Shown here: positions 61,289 through 64,000 of the stretch, piece after piece
Numbering within the stretch: position 1 is the stretch's first letter
Layout: every line of letters starts with the position of its first letter
From: Candidatus Norongarragalinales archaeon
Lineage (GTDB): Archaea > Micrarchaeota > Micrarchaeia > Norongarragalinales > Norongarragalinaceae
Length of the DNA stretch: 64,000 nt
Reading direction: 5' to 3'
NCBI GenBank assembly: GCA_038884755.1
Contig: JAWABJ010000001.1
Coordinates: forward strand, 650,188 to 714,187
Position numbers and translations under genes: made by a program
Notes under the pieces: generated by a model
Told to the model about the DNA's origin: nothing
The model's input: the letters and a program-made list of their open reading frames with translations, nothing else
Database searches by the model: none

Positions 61289-61979
61289 GCCCTTCCCACA
61301 GAATTTCTTCCTTTGAATCGATGCTCAGCCCGCTGTCGTTTATAGTCAAAGGGTGGATTTTTTTCGAGTGGTCGGTGCCGCGCATCTTGCGCACGAAAAA
61401 CGCGCGGTTGGGCGGCGAAAAGAACATTTGCACCACTCCGTCGGTCAAAAACTCTTCCACCCCGAAACGCGAAACGGCATTCTTGCCCGCGGGAGTCTCG
61501 CACGTCAACAGCGTAGTGCAATCCATCTTGCGCAGTTCTTCTATCAAGGTGTAAATCGCATAGCGGATTTGCCGAATGTCCTTAAGCCAAAACGCGAACG
61601 CGGTGATGCTGTCCACCACCAGGCGTTTCGCCTTCAACGCCCGCGCTTTTTCAACGATCCGCTGCACTTGCGCCTCGGGATTGTTCAGCAGCTCTTCCGT
61701 AGGCTCGAACTTGTAAATTTTCAACTTCCCCTCGCGCTCGAGCGAAACCAAGTCCCACTTGAAGCGCTGCACGTTCCACCAGATGTTGTGCGGCCCTTCT
61801 TCCATGGTGATGTAAACGCCCGCATCGCCGTAATCCTTCGCGCCGTTGTACAAGTACTCCATGCAGAAAATGCTTTTCCCAGTGCCAGCTGGCCCAGAAA
61901 CGAGAATGCTCGACGCTTCGGGAAAGCCGCCTTCTATGAGCTCGTCCACACCCGGAATCCCGCTTTTGACCCTGTTCAT
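61281..61979 (-). CDS. KaiC/RAD55-like ATPase
   Basis: SGIPGVDELIEGG, GPAGTGKS, VVDS, RKMRGTDH. Confidence 0.92.
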   Translation of the reverse strand: MNRVKSGIPGVDELIEGGFPEASSILVSGPAGTGKSIFCMEYLYNGAKDYGDAGVYITMEEGPHNIWWNVQRFKWDLVSLEREGKLKIYKFEPTEELLNNPEAQVQRIVEKARALKAKRLVVDSITAFAFWLKDIRQIRYAIYTLIEELRKMDCTTLLTCETPAGKNAVSRFGVEEFLTDGVVQMFFSPPNRAFFVRKMRGTDHSKKIHPLTINDSGLSIDSKEEILWEGLK

Positions 61980-62045
61980 TTTTCACGACCGAACTGCTTA
62001 ACTCAAGCCGCGAATTTAAAACCTTGCGAGCGCAAGAGTATTAAC

Positions 62046-63275
62046 ATGGGAGGAGTGCCTTGGCTTTCTGGAAGGCAAGCGGTTGCGCTGGTTCTCGCGC
62101 TGGCTTTTCTCGAACTGGCGTCGGTATTGTACTTTTTCGGAGTGGCCATAAGCCCTGCCACCGGCTACGCCGTCGGCCAAGTCCTCAGCACTGTGCAAAA
62201 CGAGCTTCCTTCAAACTACTACTTCAACGCCGACGCTGCGCTCGAAGTTTTCGACGGAAAGCCGGCGTTCAGGCTTTCGCTCGGCGAAAACATGGTCATG
62301 AGCGGAAAAGCCAGTGATTTGAACGGGTACGGAGAGTTGAGCGCTTCAACGTGCGTTTGGGCCGCAAACGCTTTTTCTTCAACGACCGCAGTTTCCTTTT
62401 CCGGCTGCAACGCCACCGACTGCAACTACACTTGCACGCTTACCGTTTCCTCGTCCACCCCCCCAGGCACGTACAACATCACTTCCAACATAATCGACAC
62501 TTCCAACGCGCAGTCGCAATTGTCGCAGCTGGTTTACCTTTTCGAGTTCACCCAGTCCAACCGCGGCGAAGGCAGCAGCGGAAGGGGCAGGGATATTTTG
62601 ATACTGAGGCCTTACGTACCTTCACCAACGCCGACAACCCAGCCTACAGCAACGGCCGCCGCTTCCCCCGCGCCTACGCTCGAACCCACGCTCAAGGAAT
62701 TCAGGCTTTCGCTCGCGGCGCCCGACTTCATAAACAAGTGCGAAGTCAAGGAAGTCGAGGCGATAGTAGAAAACAACAACCCCTCGCAGAAAAGCGTGGT
62801 TTTGGATTTCGAAGGAAAAAGCATAGAAATGGACTTGCAGCCTTTCGAAGTGAGAAGCGTGTTCTTCAGAATAAAAGCACCCAAGGAAAAAGGGGAAAAC
62901 ACTTACGCGCTGCACGCCAAGCTCTACCGTAACGGCATTGCAATCGAGGAAAAACAGAAGGTAGTCAAGCTGTTGTGGAAGGGACTCGACGTTTGCGTCA
63001 CGCAAGCGCCTTCAAGCGAATTCGGGTTCATTGCCGGCAAGAACAGCGTGGCGCGCGTGGGACTGGAAATCGCCACCGACTACTCTCCTTCCACGCTCGA
63101 AATCGAGGTTTTTAAGGGCGAAAGCCACGCTTTCATCGACTTGCAAGACACGCCCGACGGGTATTACGAATCTTCGTTTAAAGTTTTCGAGAAAGGCGAG
63201 TACGAGTTCAGCGTGCGCGCGAGAAAGGGCTTCGAAACAGTCGAGGAAAAGTTTGAAAAAGCGCAAATCGGTTGA
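62046..63275 (+). CDS. Secreted/surface hypothetical protein with Pro/Thr linker
   Basis: N-terminal TM with TGYAV, Ig-like segments, PSPTPTTQPTAT linker; start reset to MGGVPW. Confidence 0.7.
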   Translation: MGGVPWLSGRQAVALVLALAFLELASVLYFFGVAISPATGYAVGQVLSTVQNELPSNYYFNADAALEVFDGKPAFRLSLGENMVMSGKASDLNGYGELSASTCVWAANAFSSTTAVSFSGCNATDCNYTCTLTVSSSTPPGTYNITSNIIDTSNAQSQLSQLVYLFEFTQSNRGEGSSGRGRDILILRPYVPSPTPTTQPTATAAASPAPTLEPTLKEFRLSLAAPDFINKCEVKEVEAIVENNNPSQKSVVLDFEGKSIEMDLQPFEVRSVFFRIKAPKEKGENTYALHAKLYRNGIAIEEKQKVVKLLWKGLDVCVTQAPSSEFGFIAGKNSVARVGLEIATDYSPSTLEIEVFKGESHAFIDLQDTPDGYYESSFKVFEKGEYEFSVRARKGFETVEEKFEKAQIG

Positions 63276-63314
63276 TATATCGCACGAAATTGCTTTGCTA
63301 AGGGCGTTTTTGGA

Positions 63315-63485
63315 ATGGCGTTGATATTCGGTTTTGAAGTGAACCTGCTCGAACTCATGGTGCTGTTCGAATTCATACTCATCATAGCCGTCGCGGCATT
63401 GCTTTTGGAACTGCGCAGGCTGAAGAAACTCGTGGACGAAGCGTACCAAATAGAAAAAATGCACAGCGAAGAGGGGAAAAAGTGA
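63315..63485 (+). CDS. 56-aa membrane protein
   Basis: MALIFGFEVNLLELMVLFEFILIIAVAALLLELRRLKKLVDEAYQIEKMHSEEGKK*. Confidence 0.6.
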   Translation: MALIFGFEVNLLELMVLFEFILIIAVAALLLELRRLKKLVDEAYQIEKMHSEEGKK

Positions 63486-63589
63486 GAAAAACTGCTATCG
63501 CGGGGGGTAGGAAAAGCATTAAAAAGCATTTAAGGCAGATTTCTTCAACAATCAACGGAAAAAAACTGCGGAAAAAAAGGTTTTTTCGA

Positions 63590-64000
63590 ATGGCTGAAGT
63601 TTCAAACAACACGCTCGTCACCATAGTTTTGCTGGCTTTAGCAATCACGCTCTTGGCAACTTGGGCTTTGTTCGCCAAAATCGGCGGAATCCAAGTCGCC
63701 GGCCTGGTCTCCAACCCAACCGGAACGGTTTCCGCAAGCGTGCAATCCACAACCGACATTTTCCTGCAAAACAACACGGTCAACTTCGGGGGTGTGAGCG
63801 TGGGAAACACTTTCGACACCAGCGTCAACTATTCCAACGCCAGCCAATTCCTCCTACGCAACGACGGCAGCGTGCGGGTGAACGTCACCATAGCTGCAAC
63901 CGCATTGTGGAATTCCACTTCGGGAAACAATTCGAACTATAGATTCAACGTCACGAACGCCAGCGGAAACACTTCACTCGGAACCGTAGACGCCAAAAAC
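63590..64000 (+). CDS. Surface glycoprotein-like protein (partial, runs off window)
   Basis: MAEVSNNTLVTIVLLALAITLL...VNFG...LRNDGSVRVNVTI; several N-x-S/T sequons. Confidence 0.65.
   Translation, partial: MAEVSNNTLVTIVLLALAITLLATWALFAKIGGIQVAGLVSNPTGTVSASVQSTTDIFLQNNTVNFGGVSVGNTFDTSVNYSNASQFLLRNDGSVRVNVTIAATALWNSTSGNNSNYRFNVTNASGNTSLGTVDAKN

Noticed and set aside
61353..62045. First ~230 aa of the 640-aa ORF
   Set aside because: Antisense to the KaiC-like gene; the real start is probably 62046

Overview
Archaeal DPANN-type genome segment, probably Micrarchaeota-like. This placement is inferred from the 16S/23S sequences, thermosome, archaeal AlaRS/AspRS/MetRS and tRNA introns with bulge-helix-bulge (BHB) splice motifs. 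The backbone is housekeeping genes: secDF, aspS, thermosome, metG, tmk, alaS, carAB-pyrI, a Tad/T2SS-like cluster, uppS, sugar-phosphate genes, nrdR-nrdA-nrdB and gdhA. The RNA genes are heavily interrupted. A minus-strand 16S-tRNA-Ala-23S operon (no 5S in the window) carries 9 introns: 2 group I and 7 BHB-type, three encoding LAGLIDADG endonucleases. Five of the seven tRNAs carry 7 BHB introns, and RNase P RNA has an insertion. The most striking signal is one recurring 35-60 nt element (pyrimidine tract - loop - purine tract - short spacer - mirror-image purine tract, i.e. an intrastrand triplex-type motif). It forms the body of most small tRNA/rRNA introns and the RNase P insertion, and also occurs free in spacers, nearly always in the transcribed orientation. 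Other notable items: an intron endonuclease ORF that finds a stop only after circularisation, substitutions at conserved peptidyl-transferase positions, a class Ic-type (Tyr->Phe) NrdB with an NrdR box, a PvuII-like R-M pair plus truncated DGQHR gene abutting the 23S trailer, an RHH-fused degenerate nucleotidyltransferase and a MAKRRRRR micro-ORF. All alignments, splice sites and E. coli position numbers were worked out by eye.
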